Source: Verrucomicrobiaceae bacterium (lineage in GTDB: Bacteria > Verrucomicrobiota > Verrucomicrobiia > Verrucomicrobiales > Akkermansiaceae). From it: a stretch of 64,000 bases of DNA. A program made the translations under genes and the position numbers. The stretch covers positions 174,892-238,891 of the forward strand of contig JBPOGH010000007.1 of assembly GCA_051252135.1 (NCBI GenBank), read 5' to 3'. Below are positions 9,770 to 19,426 of this stretch, one piece after another (the first letter of the stretch is position 1; every line of letters starts with the position of its first letter). The notes beneath the pieces are model-generated. The model searched no databases, had not been told where the DNA came from, and saw only the letters and a list, made by a program, of their open reading frames with translations.

Positions 9770-11245
9770 TTAGTTGTCGGCTTGTTCGGTGCAGCATTGC
9801 ACGCCACATCCATCGAGGAACTGGAGCAGGCTGTTGGGATAGAGGCCGACGACGAGAAGGGCGACTGCGAGGATGATGGCGGGTGCCTTTTCCATGCAGG
9901 TGAGATCGGAGGCTTCCTTGGTGCAGTCGACTGCAGGTCCCTGGAAGGTTTTACGGAAAGCGCGGAGCATGTAGACGGCGCTGATGACGACACCCCAGAG
10001 GGCGAGGATGGTGGCGACCTGAACACAACCGAGTTCTCCGCCATCGTAGCTCTTAAAGCCGGAGAGGAAGACGAGAACTTCGCCGGAGAAGTTGGCGAGG
10101 CCGGGGAGGCCGATGGATGCCATGCCGGCAAGTCCGAAGAGGAAGGCGAGACGGGGGGCTGATTTTGCGAGACCTCCGAGGTCGGCAAGTTCAAGAGTGC
10201 CGGTGCGCTGGTTGATTTTGTCGGAAAGGGCAAAGAGGAGAGCGATGCTGATACCGTGGGCGAACATCAGGGTGACGGCAGCAGGGATCGCGATGGGGTT
10301 TGCGGCGGCGCTTCCGGCTTCGATGAGAGCGGCGAAGGCGAGGAAGATGTATCCCATGTGCATCACGGAAGAATTACCGAGGAGGGAATCGACGCGCTTT
10401 TGATTAAGGGTGACGAAGCCAACCCAGAGAATGTTTCCAAGGAGGGCGACGATGATCCAGCCCAGCCAATCCTGCATTCCTTCGGGAACCATGGGGAAGA
10501 GGCGGATGAGACCGTAGAGGCCGAATTTCTTAAGGACGCCCGAGTGCAGCATGGCAACCGGAGTGGGTGCGGCGGCGTAGGCGGGAGCGGCCCAAGAGTG
10601 GAAGGGGAAGAGAGAGACGAGCGTGCCGAAACCGATCAGGAGGAGAGCGGCGATGCCGGTCTGTGCGTCGGCGGGAACTTCAGAAGCGAGGAGGTCGCTG
10701 AAGAGCCAACTTTCGGACCCGGAGGCACTGACAAGCCAGATGAGTCCGGCGAGGAGAACGATGGAGCCGAGAGCAAGGTAGATGGTGATTTTCCAGGCGG
10801 CTTCCTTCCGTTCGCCTTTGCCCAGAATTCCAATCATGAGGAAGGTGGGGATGAGGGCGAGCTCGTGGAAGGCGTAGAAGAAAAAGAGGTCGGTCGAGAG
10901 GAAGGCTCCGATCGCTCCGGCTCCGATGAGGAGGCTGGATGCATACCAGAGTTTTTCGCGTCCTTCGGGTGCTCCGCCATGGAGAACGGCGGAGAAGAGG
11001 ACGATGACGCTCAGGAGGAGCATGATGAGGCTCATGCCATCGTAGAACCCCAGGGCGAGGTGAATCTTGGGAGTGGCAAGGACCTGCAGGGACATTGACC
11101 AGACGTCGGATTGCCAGCAAAAGAGGCAACCGATGCCGAGGAAAAGGGTGAGGCCCGAGGCAATAAGCGCGGTGAGGCGGGCCTTGACGCCACAAAAGAT
11201 GGCGATGGCAGCGAGGAGAGGGATGAGAACGAAAAGAACACTCAT
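9770..11245 (-). CDS. nuoM: NADH-quinone oxidoreductase subunit M
   Basis: FYAFHELALIP, PFHSW, SSVMHMG and GLPGLANFSGE motifs; ATGA overlap with nuoL. Confidence 0.95.
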   Translation of the reverse strand: MSVLFVLIPLLAAIAIFCGVKARLTALIASGLTLFLGIGCLFCWQSDVWSMSLQVLATPKIHLALGFYDGMSLIMLLLSVIVLFSAVLHGGAPEGREKLWYASSLLIGAGAIGAFLSTDLFFFYAFHELALIPTFLMIGILGKGERKEAAWKITIYLALGSIVLLAGLIWLVSASGSESWLFSDLLASEVPADAQTGIAALLLIGFGTLVSLFPFHSWAAPAYAAAPTPVAMLHSGVLKKFGLYGLIRLFPMVPEGMQDWLGWIIVALLGNILWVGFVTLNQKRVDSLLGNSSVMHMGYIFLAFAALIEAGSAAANPIAIPAAVTLMFAHGISIALLFALSDKINQRTGTLELADLGGLAKSAPRLAFLFGLAGMASIGLPGLANFSGEVLVFLSGFKSYDGGELGCVQVATILALWGVVISAVYMLRAFRKTFQGPAVDCTKEASDLTCMEKAPAIILAVALLVVGLYPNSLLQFLDGCGVQCCTEQADN

Positions 11246-13062
11246 GAGACGAAGACCGTGAGATAGATAACAAGAATGACTCCGAGGGCGAAGAGGCCGG
11301 CGTAGCCCTGAAGATTACCCGATTGCATGCGGGTGAAGATGCGACCGATGCCGCCAGCGGCACGGGAAAGACCTCCGACGAGGAGACCGCCGATGACGAG
11401 TTCATCGATAAAGTGGACGATGGCGGCGAAAGTATCCTGCGCGTATTTTACGAGCTTGGCGTAAAACTCATCGACGTAGAACTTATTGCGGAAGACCTTG
11501 GCGATGCTGTTGTTGGCAAGGGGGTCGGTTTCGGCGTTGAAGTAGAGTTTCCACGCGAAGAAGGCTCCGATGATGAAGGCGCCGATTGAGGCGAAGAGTG
11601 CGGGTCCGATATGGAAGTGGAATGCCTTGTGAAGAGGGGAAAGGCTGCCGGCGAGGAAGTTCCAACCGGAAAGGAGGGCCATGACTGCCAGAACGATCAG
11701 TGGTAACAGCATGAGCGGACCGACCTCTTTGGCGTGATCGGCGTTGTCGCTTCGCTTCTTGCCGAGGAAGGCGATGAAGAAGAGGCGGAACATGTAGAAG
11801 GTCGTGAGACAGGCCACCAAGGTGGTGATGATGAAGAGTGGTGTGCTGGTGTGCAGGGCGGCCTCGAGGATCATCTCCTTGGAGAAGAAACCGGCGGTGA
11901 GAGGGAATCCGCAAAGGGCGAGGGTGCCGATCAGGAAGGTGAGAGTGGTGATGGGCATCTTGCCCTTGAGGCCACCCATTTTCCAAATGTCCTGTTCGTG
12001 GTGGCAGGCGTAGATGACGGCGCCGGAGCCGAGGAAGAGGAGAGCCTTGAACCAGGCGTGGGTGAAGAGGTGGAACATGCCGGCTTCGGGATTAAGAAGG
12101 CCGACGGCCATCACCATGTAACCGAGCTGGGAAAGAGTGGAGTAGGCGAGGACCTTTTTAATATCGTCCTGCTGGGTGGCCATGAGGGCGGCGAGGAGAG
12201 AGGTGATGCCTCCGACCCAAGCAACCGTGTTAACACCCCAGAGTTGGCCGATGAGGTCGGTGCCGAGCGTGGTGTAAAGGCGGGCCATCATGAAGACGCC
12301 GGCGGCGACCATGGTGGCGGCGTGGATGAGGGCGGAAACAGGAGTGGGGCCTTCCATGGCGTCCGGAAGCCAGACGTGGAGAGGAGCTTGGGCTGATTTA
12401 CCCATGGCACCGGCAAAGATGCAGAGAACGGCAGTGCCGAGGAAGAAGGTGGAATACTCGGGTGAGGTGGCGACCCATGCCTCGAGTCCTTCGAAGGTGA
12501 AGGTGCCGGCGATGCCCCAGAGCATGAGGATACCGATCATGAAGCCGAAGTCGCCCACGCGGTTGGTGAGGAAGGCTTTCTTCGCGGCGTCGGCAGCGGA
12601 GTCCTTTTCATACCAGTGTCCGATGAGGAGGTAGGAGCTGAGTCCGACAAGCTCCCAGAAGATGAACATCATGATGAAGTTCGAAGCGAGCACGATGCCG
12701 GTCATGGAGAACATGAAGAGCGAGAGGCCGCAGAAGTAGCGGGCTTTCGCCGAGTCATCCTTCATGTAGGCGAGGGAGAAGAGGTGAACGAGGAATCCGA
12801 CGCCCGTGACGACGATCATCATGTTCTTGGCAAAGGAGTCGAGTTGCAGACCAATCTCAAGAGTGAGTCCGGGAACGGAAGCCCATTGGAAGGAAGGGCT
12901 GCTGTCGGGAGACTTTAAGATGATCAGGGCGATCACCAGGATGGCTCCGGCGATTGCGGTGGAGACATAGGAAGAGACGGTCTGAAGACGTTTCAGGCCG
13001 AGGTGAATAACGGCTGCCGAAAGAAGCGGCAGACCGAGGAGAAGCCAAGCAAGTGAATCCAT
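11242..13062 (-). CDS. nuoL: NADH-quinone oxidoreductase subunit L
   Basis: GKSAQAPLHVWLPDAMEGPTPVSALIHAATMV and DIKKVLAYSTLSQLG. Confidence 0.97.
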   Translation of the reverse strand: MDSLAWLLLGLPLLSAAVIHLGLKRLQTVSSYVSTAIAGAILVIALIILKSPDSSPSFQWASVPGLTLEIGLQLDSFAKNMMIVVTGVGFLVHLFSLAYMKDDSAKARYFCGLSLFMFSMTGIVLASNFIMMFIFWELVGLSSYLLIGHWYEKDSAADAAKKAFLTNRVGDFGFMIGILMLWGIAGTFTFEGLEAWVATSPEYSTFFLGTAVLCIFAGAMGKSAQAPLHVWLPDAMEGPTPVSALIHAATMVAAGVFMMARLYTTLGTDLIGQLWGVNTVAWVGGITSLLAALMATQQDDIKKVLAYSTLSQLGYMVMAVGLLNPEAGMFHLFTHAWFKALLFLGSGAVIYACHHEQDIWKMGGLKGKMPITTLTFLIGTLALCGFPLTAGFFSKEMILEAALHTSTPLFIITTLVACLTTFYMFRLFFIAFLGKKRSDNADHAKEVGPLMLLPLIVLAVMALLSGWNFLAGSLSPLHKAFHFHIGPALFASIGAFIIGAFFAWKLYFNAETDPLANNSIAKVFRNKFYVDEFYAKLVKYAQDTFAAIVHFIDELVIGGLLVGGLSRAAGGIGRIFTRMQSGNLQGYAGLFALGVILVIYLTVFVS

Positions 13063-13074
13063 GGTTCGAAAGAG

Positions 13075-13395
13075 TTAGCCGCGCATTGTGGTGAGGTCCT
13101 CGACGTTGATGGTCTGTCGAGCACGGTAGAGGGCGACGATGATCGCGAGTCCAACGGCGACTTCGGCCGCCGCCACGGTGATGATAAAGAAGACGAGCAC
13201 CTGACCATCGAAGTCAGGAAGGCCGTTTTCGGTGACGTGGAAGCGAGAGAAGGCAACCAAGGTGATGTTGGCGGCGGCGAGCATCATCTCGAGACACATG
13301 AAAATGACGATGATGTTACGCCGGATCATGACACCGGCGAGGCCGATGGCGAAGAGGAGTCCGGAGACAAAGAGGAAATCGTTGAGCGAAGCCAT
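13075..13395 (-). CDS. nuoK: NADH-quinone oxidoreductase subunit K
   Basis: RRNIIVIFMCLEMML and VAAAEVAVGLAI. Confidence 0.96.
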   Translation of the reverse strand: MASLNDFLFVSGLLFAIGLAGVMIRRNIIVIFMCLEMMLAAANITLVAFSRFHVTENGLPDFDGQVLVFFIITVAAAEVAVGLAIIVALYRARQTINVEDLTTMRG

Positions 13396-13401
13396 CAGGA
13401 G

Positions 13402-13995
13402 TTATGATTTGGTGCTTTTTGAACTGCGCTTGGAAAGGACGACGACACCGACGGTGGCGACGAGGAGAAGGACACCCATCACTTGAAGCGGGAAGTTGTA
13501 GTGACGGAAAAGAGTCATGCCGATGAGGTTGGTATCGGGGAGTTGGGGTGTCTTTTCGTGAGTGAGGGACTTGATGATTTCGGTCTGCCCTTCGAGCTCC
13601 GGGCTTTCGGCTGCTGCGGCGAGGACGGCGGGATTGATTTCGCTGAATGCGTCATTGACGGGGCCTTTTTGAATCACTCCAAGGACCTGGAAGACCAGGA
13701 GGAGGGGGAGGAGGATGCCGGCGATGACGGAAGGGGTTTTGAACTTCGCCTTGGTCTCTTCCGAAAGATCGAGAAGCATGATGATGAAAACGAAGAGCAC
13801 CATGATGGCGCCTGCGTAGACGAGAATCTGGACGATTCCGACGAAGAAGGCATTGAGTCCGATGAAGAGGCCCGCCATTCCGACAAAAGAAAGCACCATG
13901 GAAAGGGCGCTGGAGACCGGATTGCGAAAACTCACCAGAAGCACCGCGCCAATGACGGCGAGGAAGCTGAAGAGATAAAAGAGAACGGAGTGCAT
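13402..13995 (-). CDS. nuoJ: NADH-quinone oxidoreductase subunit J
   Basis: NPVSSAL and QILVYAGAIMVLFVFIIMLL. Confidence 0.95.
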   Translation of the reverse strand: MHSVLFYLFSFLAVIGAVLLVSFRNPVSSALSMVLSFVGMAGLFIGLNAFFVGIVQILVYAGAIMVLFVFIIMLLDLSEETKAKFKTPSVIAGILLPLLLVFQVLGVIQKGPVNDAFSEINPAVLAAAAESPELEGQTEIIKSLTHEKTPQLPDTNLIGMTLFRHYNFPLQVMGVLLLVATVGVVVLSKRSSKSTKS

Positions 13996-13998
13996 GGT

Positions 13999-14565
13999 TT
14001 ACTTCAGGTCATTCCACTTGTTGACGAGGCCGACGCGCTTGCCGCCGATCTCGTAGAGACGGTCTTTATCGTGAACCATTTCCTCGCGGGTGGTTCCGAC
14101 GACGATGTAGTCGGGGCGGAGATAGATGGCTTGCTCGGGACAAACTTCCTCGCACATGCCGCAGTAGATGCAGCGGATCATGTCGATATCGAATGCTTGA
14201 GGGCGTTTTTCGACCCGGGCCCATTCGTCGCCCGCGGGGATTTCGCCCGGAGTGATCTTAATGGCCTTGGGAGGGCAGATGAATTCGCAGAGCTGGCAGG
14301 AGACGCAGCGTTCGCGATCCAGTTCGTCGGTGACGAGAGCGGGAGTGCCGCGGAAGTACTCCGGGAGCTGGTCATCCCATTTTTGCTCGGGATACTGCAT
14401 GGTGATGCCGAGTCCCGAGGAGTTGAGAGCATCTGCGCCCTGACTGCGTCCCATGAGAGACTTAAAGGCATGTCGCAGGGTGATGACCATGCCTTTGAAA
14501 ATGGATCCAAAGTAGATTTTCTCACCAGCGGTGAGTTTTGGTCGTTTGACTTTGATAGTGGCCAT
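13999..14565 (-). CDS. nuoI: NADH-quinone oxidoreductase subunit I
   Basis: Two 4Fe-4S motifs, CVSCQLCEFICP and CIYCGMCEEVCP. Confidence 0.96.
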   Translation of the reverse strand: MATIKVKRPKLTAGEKIYFGSIFKGMVITLRHAFKSLMGRSQGADALNSSGLGITMQYPEQKWDDQLPEYFRGTPALVTDELDRERCVSCQLCEFICPPKAIKITPGEIPAGDEWARVEKRPQAFDIDMIRCIYCGMCEEVCPEQAIYLRPDYIVVGTTREEMVHDKDRLYEIGGKRVGLVNKWNDLK

Positions 14566-14577
14566 TGGGAGTGAAGG

Positions 14578-15810
14578 CTACGCGGTGCGAAGGGCGGCGG
14601 GTTTGGTTGCCGACTTGGCGATTTTGATCAGGAGGATCGTGGTGATGATCAGGACGAGAGCGGCAATGACTCCCGCAATGATTCCAACGTGAGGAACCGC
14701 GAGGATCAGAGCAGCGAGGAAGACGTTGATGAGGGCGGCCTCGAAAAAGACGATCCAGCCGAGGTCCATGAGTTGATCATAGCGGAAGCGCGGGATGGTC
14801 CAGCGCACCAAGATGAAGAAAAGGATGAAGACGGTGACTTTGGTGAGGAAGCAGCCGATGTGAATGAGGCTGACCCACCAGGCGCCGGTGGGAAGCGCGC
14901 CATCGATCCCGAAGCCGATGGACCAACCACCGAAGAAGAGGGTGACGATGAGGGCCGAGCCAATGATCATAGCGGCGTATTCACCGAGGAAGAAGAGGGC
15001 GAACTTCATCGAGGAGTATTCGGTGTGGTAGCCACCAACGAGTTCGGTCTCACACTCGGGGAGGTCGAAGGGCATCCGGTTGGTCTCGGCGAAGATGGAG
15101 GTGGTGAAAATAAAGAAGGCGATGACGAGGGGCACGAGCATGAGCCAGCGCTCGAGGGACCAGCCTTCACCCCATACAGGGAGGAGGAGCCAGCCGTTGG
15201 CGGCTTGATACTCGACGATATGGCCGAGGTTCAAGGTGCCGAACATCATGAGGACGGGGATGATTGAAAGGCCGAGGGCGATCTCGTAGGAAATCATTTG
15301 CGCGCAGGAGCGGACACCTCCGAAGAAGGGGTATTTCGAGTTGGAGGACCAACCGGCGAGCGTGATGCCGTAAACGGAAAGGGAGGCGATGGCGAAGATG
15401 AAGAGAGGGCCAACGTTGAGGTCGGCGATTGCCATGGGGATGACTTTTCCATCAAGCTCAAAGGGGCTGCCGAAGGGGATGACGGCCATGGTGATGAGGG
15501 CTGGAACCATTGTCATGCAGGGAGCCAGCCAGAAGAAGGCTTTGCGGACATAGGAAGGGGTGAAATCTTCCTTAAGGATGAATTTGAGTCCATCCGCCAT
15601 GGGTTGGGTCAGGCCACCGATGGGGAGAGCCAGGTCCTTTTTGAATCCCAGGATGGAAAGGGGGATCATGGTGCGGTTCGGGCCGACGCGGTCCTGGATA
15701 ATCGCGGAGAAGCGACGTTCAAAGATGACGGAGATACTGACGAAGGTCAGGGTCACGCCAAGGAAGACGCCAATCTTGATGGCGGTGGCAATGAGGAGAG
15801 TCGTGTCCAT
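14578..15810 (-). CDS. nuoH: NADH-quinone oxidoreductase subunit H
   Basis: QDRVGPNR, ADGLKFILKED and AETNRMPFDLPECETELVGGYHTEYS. Confidence 0.97.
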   Translation of the reverse strand: MDTTLLIATAIKIGVFLGVTLTFVSISVIFERRFSAIIQDRVGPNRTMIPLSILGFKKDLALPIGGLTQPMADGLKFILKEDFTPSYVRKAFFWLAPCMTMVPALITMAVIPFGSPFELDGKVIPMAIADLNVGPLFIFAIASLSVYGITLAGWSSNSKYPFFGGVRSCAQMISYEIALGLSIIPVLMMFGTLNLGHIVEYQAANGWLLLPVWGEGWSLERWLMLVPLVIAFFIFTTSIFAETNRMPFDLPECETELVGGYHTEYSSMKFALFFLGEYAAMIIGSALIVTLFFGGWSIGFGIDGALPTGAWWVSLIHIGCFLTKVTVFILFFILVRWTIPRFRYDQLMDLGWIVFFEAALINVFLAALILAVPHVGIIAGVIAALVLIITTILLIKIAKSATKPAALRTA

Positions 15811-15835
15811 GTGGTGCTACGCGAAATTTTTGGGC

Positions 15836-17593
15836 TTAGCCGACGATTTGGCCGCTGGCGATGCGTGCCTTTTCCTGTTCGATGAGCGGGATGGTCACTC
15901 CGGTTTCGGTGATTTGGACTCCTTCGTCGCCGATGGAGCCGAATGACTGGCCGTTGAAGGCTTCGATACTGGAGGCGAGGTCCTTGATGACACCATCGAC
16001 GGAAGCAGGAACGGTGTAGTCCTTGCTGACGGCGGCGAGAAGGCTGGCGAGAGTTTCCCAATCCTCACGGGCGGAACCGGGGGCGAGAGTTGCCTGATTG
16101 GTGCGCTGGAGGCGGCCGGTGACATTCACGTAAGTGGCGCGTTTTTCGGCGAAGCCGGCACCCGGAAGAACCACTTTACTGGCAGCCGCGGTGGGGTTGG
16201 CGAGGATGTGGCTGCTGACGAGGTGGTCAAGTTGCTCGAGGTCTTCACTGCGGAATCCGGCTTCTTCGAGGAGGTCTTCCTGGAGGGAGACAAGAGCCTT
16301 GATGCGGCCGGAGGAAACTCCTTCGCGGATGGCATCGAGCTTTGCGGCGGGATCGTCGGTGCCGATAATGAGTCCGGCTCCCGTGGTGTTCGGGTTGCGG
16401 TCGGCGGAGATGAGCTTGCCATCGGATTTCCCGACACGGGCGACGGTGCTGATGAGATCGGTTCCGAGAGCGTCGGCAAGTTTCTTGGCGAGGAAGAGTT
16501 CCTCATTGCTCATGCGGGCGGAAGCGATGATGGCGACCTCGTTCGGCTGGCGCATGTTGAGGCCTTCGGCTGCGGTGGCGATGGCCTCGGTCCAGCTGGT
16601 TTCCTGATGCTGAACACCTTTTTTGACCAGAGGGCCGGTGAGGCGGGCATCGGAATGAAGATGGTGGAAGGCAAGACGGTGGCTGTCAGGCATCCAGGAG
16701 GAGTTGACGGCATCGTTTTGACGCGGGGTGACGCGGAAGACTTCATTGCCACGGGTCCATACGACAGTGTTGCAGCCGGTGCCGCAGTTGAGGTCGATGC
16801 TCTTGGTTTCCTTAAGGAACCAGACGCGCATCTGGAAGCGGAAGTCGTTAGAGGTCAGTGCACCCACAGGGCAGATGTCTGCGGTGTTGAGGGCATAGTT
16901 GTTGTCGAGGCGGCGTCCGGGGTGGACGGTGACCGAGGTGTGGGTGCCGCGTTGTGAGAATCCGAGGACGGGTTCTTCGGCGACTTCCTCCATAAAGCGG
17001 ATGCAGCGGCTGCACATGATGCAGCGCTCGTCATCGAGGCGGATGTTTTCGCCAATGTCGACGTTCTTCGGCTTTTTGATCTTGGTTTCCTGGAAGCGGG
17101 AAGTGCCGCGACCGTGTTGGACGGAAAATTCCTGAAGCTTGCACTCACCGGCTTGATCGCAAATGGGGCAGTCGAGAGGGTGGTTGATGAGGAGAAACTC
17201 CATCACGCCTTCACGGCAGGTCTCAACCAATTCGCCGGTGGTGCGAATGCCCATGTTCTCGGCGACGGTGTTTGCGCAGGCGATGACAGGTCGTGGCATC
17301 CAGCCGATTTCCTGGAATCCATCATCACCGTAAGTGGGCTCTGCACCGGGGGCGGGACGGGGAGGCATGCCCATCTGGACAAGGCACATCCGGCAGTTTC
17401 CAGGGGATGAAAGCTTGGGATGATAGCAGTAGTGAGGAATTTCTTTCTCAGCAATCTTGGCAGCCTCAATCATTCGAGTGCCACGTGGGACTTGAATCCA
17501 GTGGCCATCAATCTGCACATTGACCATGCCCTTTTCAGCGGCAAGGTCCTTCGGAAGCTTCTGATCGGCAGTGGCCGGGGCGTCTTCGCTCAT
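15836..17593 (-). CDS. nuoG: NADH-quinone oxidoreductase subunit G (short form)
   Basis: IPHYCYHP..GNCRMC, NHPLDCPICDQAGEC and CIMCSRC..ICPVGAL, plus a molybdopterin-oxidoreductase-like C-terminus. Confidence 0.93.
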   Translation of the reverse strand: MSEDAPATADQKLPKDLAAEKGMVNVQIDGHWIQVPRGTRMIEAAKIAEKEIPHYCYHPKLSSPGNCRMCLVQMGMPPRPAPGAEPTYGDDGFQEIGWMPRPVIACANTVAENMGIRTTGELVETCREGVMEFLLINHPLDCPICDQAGECKLQEFSVQHGRGTSRFQETKIKKPKNVDIGENIRLDDERCIMCSRCIRFMEEVAEEPVLGFSQRGTHTSVTVHPGRRLDNNYALNTADICPVGALTSNDFRFQMRVWFLKETKSIDLNCGTGCNTVVWTRGNEVFRVTPRQNDAVNSSWMPDSHRLAFHHLHSDARLTGPLVKKGVQHQETSWTEAIATAAEGLNMRQPNEVAIIASARMSNEELFLAKKLADALGTDLISTVARVGKSDGKLISADRNPNTTGAGLIIGTDDPAAKLDAIREGVSSGRIKALVSLQEDLLEEAGFRSEDLEQLDHLVSSHILANPTAAASKVVLPGAGFAEKRATYVNVTGRLQRTNQATLAPGSAREDWETLASLLAAVSKDYTVPASVDGVIKDLASSIEAFNGQSFGSIGDEGVQITETGVTIPLIEQEKARIASGQIVG

Positions 17594-17713
17594 GGTCAGC
17601 GCGGGTTAAATATGGGCATCGGATGCCCGTCGCGGCGGCACTATGCAAGGATGTCCATGCCCCGTAAAGCGACTTTGTGAAATTTTTCACAAAGTCCGAC
17701 TTTGAAGTAAGAA

Positions 17714-18355
17714 TCAGCGTTTTTTGCGTCGACGGGGGACTTCGGCGAGAAGGGTGGACTCTGCAAGGTCCGAGGGGGCCACGACCGGTTCATCTTTTGG
17801 GAGCGCTGCGTGGGCTCCATAGCGGCGCCGGATGATCCTTTGGACCGCCGGATCATCAAGAAAGTATGATTGAAAACTCTTGGTGGGGCACAATTTGAGA
17901 CCGGTGGAGCGATGGTAGATCTTCCAGACGAGCTCGGAGCAATAAAGTTCGTCGTCACCCCATTTGAAGAGGCTATCGTAATCCTTTCCGAGTTGTTGCG
18001 ATCCCCATTTGATTGCTTTGGCAAAACTCACGGGATTGATTGCTTCGGGATTTTTGAGTCGCCGGGCATGAAATACCGCGGAGCGCGCTTTCCAGACGTT
18101 GAGGGGGACGACGGAGACGGGTTGGATGGCCTCGAGGACATAAAGTTTTCCATTTTGGTTAAAGACGACGCCGCAGTGGGTGTAGCGGGAGCCGGTGGCT
18201 GCTTTCACAGCCTGGCCTTGTTCTCCTCCAGTGTCCTGAAAGACGATGTCGCCCGAATGGAGTTGTTCGTAGAGAGGATGATGAATTTGTTTAAAGAGAC
18301 CGAAGCCGTAGGACTGAAGAGTCAGGAGTAGGGTGAAGATTGGGGTGCGTAACAT
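17714..18355 (-). CDS. YiiX/YebB-like permuted papain-like amidase
   Basis: GDIVFQ, YTHCG(VV) His before the Cys in LYCSELVWKIY; signal-like N-terminus. Confidence 0.85.
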   Translation of the reverse strand: MLRTPIFTLLLTLQSYGFGLFKQIHHPLYEQLHSGDIVFQDTGGEQGQAVKAATGSRYTHCGVVFNQNGKLYVLEAIQPVSVVPLNVWKARSAVFHARRLKNPEAINPVSFAKAIKWGSQQLGKDYDSLFKWGDDELYCSELVWKIYHRSTGLKLCPTKSFQSYFLDDPAVQRIIRRRYGAHAALPKDEPVVAPSDLAESTLLAEVPRRRKKR

Positions 18356-18451
18356 GTCGAAAGCACGGTAACATTGGGTTTGGGAAATCGGTTATCGATG
18401 GTTTCAATGTGAGCATTGAGAGAAGTGATGCTGAAACTTTCAAATTTAGTC

Positions 18452-18488
18452 TTGCAAGGAATGTATACGAGGCGTATCTCCCCGCCGC
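18452..18488 (+). promoter_or_regulatory. Putative sigma70 promoter of tRNA-Tyr
   Basis: TTGCAA-17 bp-TATCTC followed by the GC-rich discriminator CCCGCCGC, typical of stable-RNA promoters. Confidence 0.55.
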
Positions 18489-18528
18489 TGTTGCGAGACA
18501 GTCCACGAAAAATCTCTTCCGAGAAATT

Positions 18529-18614
18529 GGGTAGGTGGCCGAGTGGTTAAAGGCGGCAGACTGTAAATCTGCTCACGAAAGTGTACACTGGTTCGAATCC
18601 AGTCCTGCCCACCA
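18529..18614 (+). tRNA. tRNA-Tyr (GTA)
   Basis: Cloverleaf: acceptor GGGTAGG/CCTGCCC, D-loop GAGTGGTTAAA, anticodon arm GCAGA-CTGTAAA-TCTGC, long variable arm, GGTTCGAATCC, encoded CCA. Confidence 0.98.
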
Positions 18615-18650
18615 AAAACCCCGCTTCAGCGTGCTGAGGCGGGGTTTTTG
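18615..18650 (+). terminator. Intrinsic terminator (probably bidirectional)
   Basis: AAAACCCCGCTTCAGC-GT-GCTGAGGCGGGGTTTTT hairpin. Confidence 0.85.
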
Positions 18651-18691
18651 GTTTGCGGGGTTTTTGGTTTGGAAAAGGGGGGTGGTGAACT

Positions 18692-19372
18692 TTAGTGGCC
18701 ATTCGGTGGTCGAATGGAGGTTGGTTTCAATTGATGGTAGAGGGCTGAGGCTTGGGCTCGGGAGTGGACGTGAAGTTTCTCGTAGATGCGGCGGCGATAG
18801 GTGTCGATGGTGTTGTTGCTGACTCCGAGTTCGCTTGCGATTTCTTTGCAGAGATAGCCTTGAGCGAGGAGGCCGAGGACTTGTTCTTCGCGCTTGGAGA
18901 GTTGGCTGAGTTCGTTTTCTTCGCCTGCCGGAGTGGAGGTCCGGAAGCATTTGACGACTTTTCTGGCGATGCCACTGCTCATGGGCGACCCGCCTTCGTA
19001 GACTTCGCGGAGGGATGAGAGTAGTTGCTCGCGCGGGGTTTGCTTGAGGAGGTATCCGGTAGCGCCGGCTTCCAGGGCTTTGAAGATTCGGTTCGAGTCT
19101 TCATAGACGGTGATCATGACAAACTGAACCTTGGGGAGTAAAAGTTTGAGGGAGCGGACACACTCCACGCCGTTCATTCCAGGGAGGTTGATATCGGTGA
19201 GGACGACATCCGGTTTGTCGTTGGGGATGGAGTCGTGTGCTTCCTGTCCGTTCTCGTATTGGCTGACGAGGTGGAATCCCGGGGCCGTCTCAATCCAATC
19301 GGCATAGATGGATCTTAGTGAGAGGTCGTCCTCGACGATCGTAATGTTTATGTCGTTTATGGAAATGGCCAC
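18692..19372 (-). CDS. NarL/FixJ-family response regulator (REC + LuxR HTH)
   Basis: IVEDD, LTDINLPGMNG, GYLLK, LSKREEQVL..GYLCKEIA..IYEKLHV. Confidence 0.95.
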   Translation of the reverse strand: MAISINDINITIVEDDLSLRSIYADWIETAPGFHLVSQYENGQEAHDSIPNDKPDVVLTDINLPGMNGVECVRSLKLLLPKVQFVMITVYEDSNRIFKALEAGATGYLLKQTPREQLLSSLREVYEGGSPMSSGIARKVVKCFRTSTPAGEENELSQLSKREEQVLGLLAQGYLCKEIASELGVSNNTIDTYRRRIYEKLHVHSRAQASALYHQLKPTSIRPPNGH

Positions 19373-19406
19373 GGTTTTGATGCTAGCGCAAAATTGAGAC
19401 AGTGAT

Positions 19407-19426
19407 TGTCACTAGTTTAGGTGACA
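19407..19426. promoter_or_regulatory. TGTCAC-N8-GTGACA palindrome, site 1
   Basis: TGTCACTAGTTTAGGTGACA upstream of the response regulator, overlapping the kinase stop codon. Confidence 0.65.

Noticed and set aside
8284..17700. Long + strand ORFs antisense to the nuo genes (e.g. 8284-9225, 13483-14574)
   Set aside because: Shadow ORFs caused by codon bias of the well-supported minus-strand genes; no recognisable motifs.
18535..18822. 95-aa ORF overlapping the tRNA
   Set aside because: It is a translation of the tRNA and its terminator.
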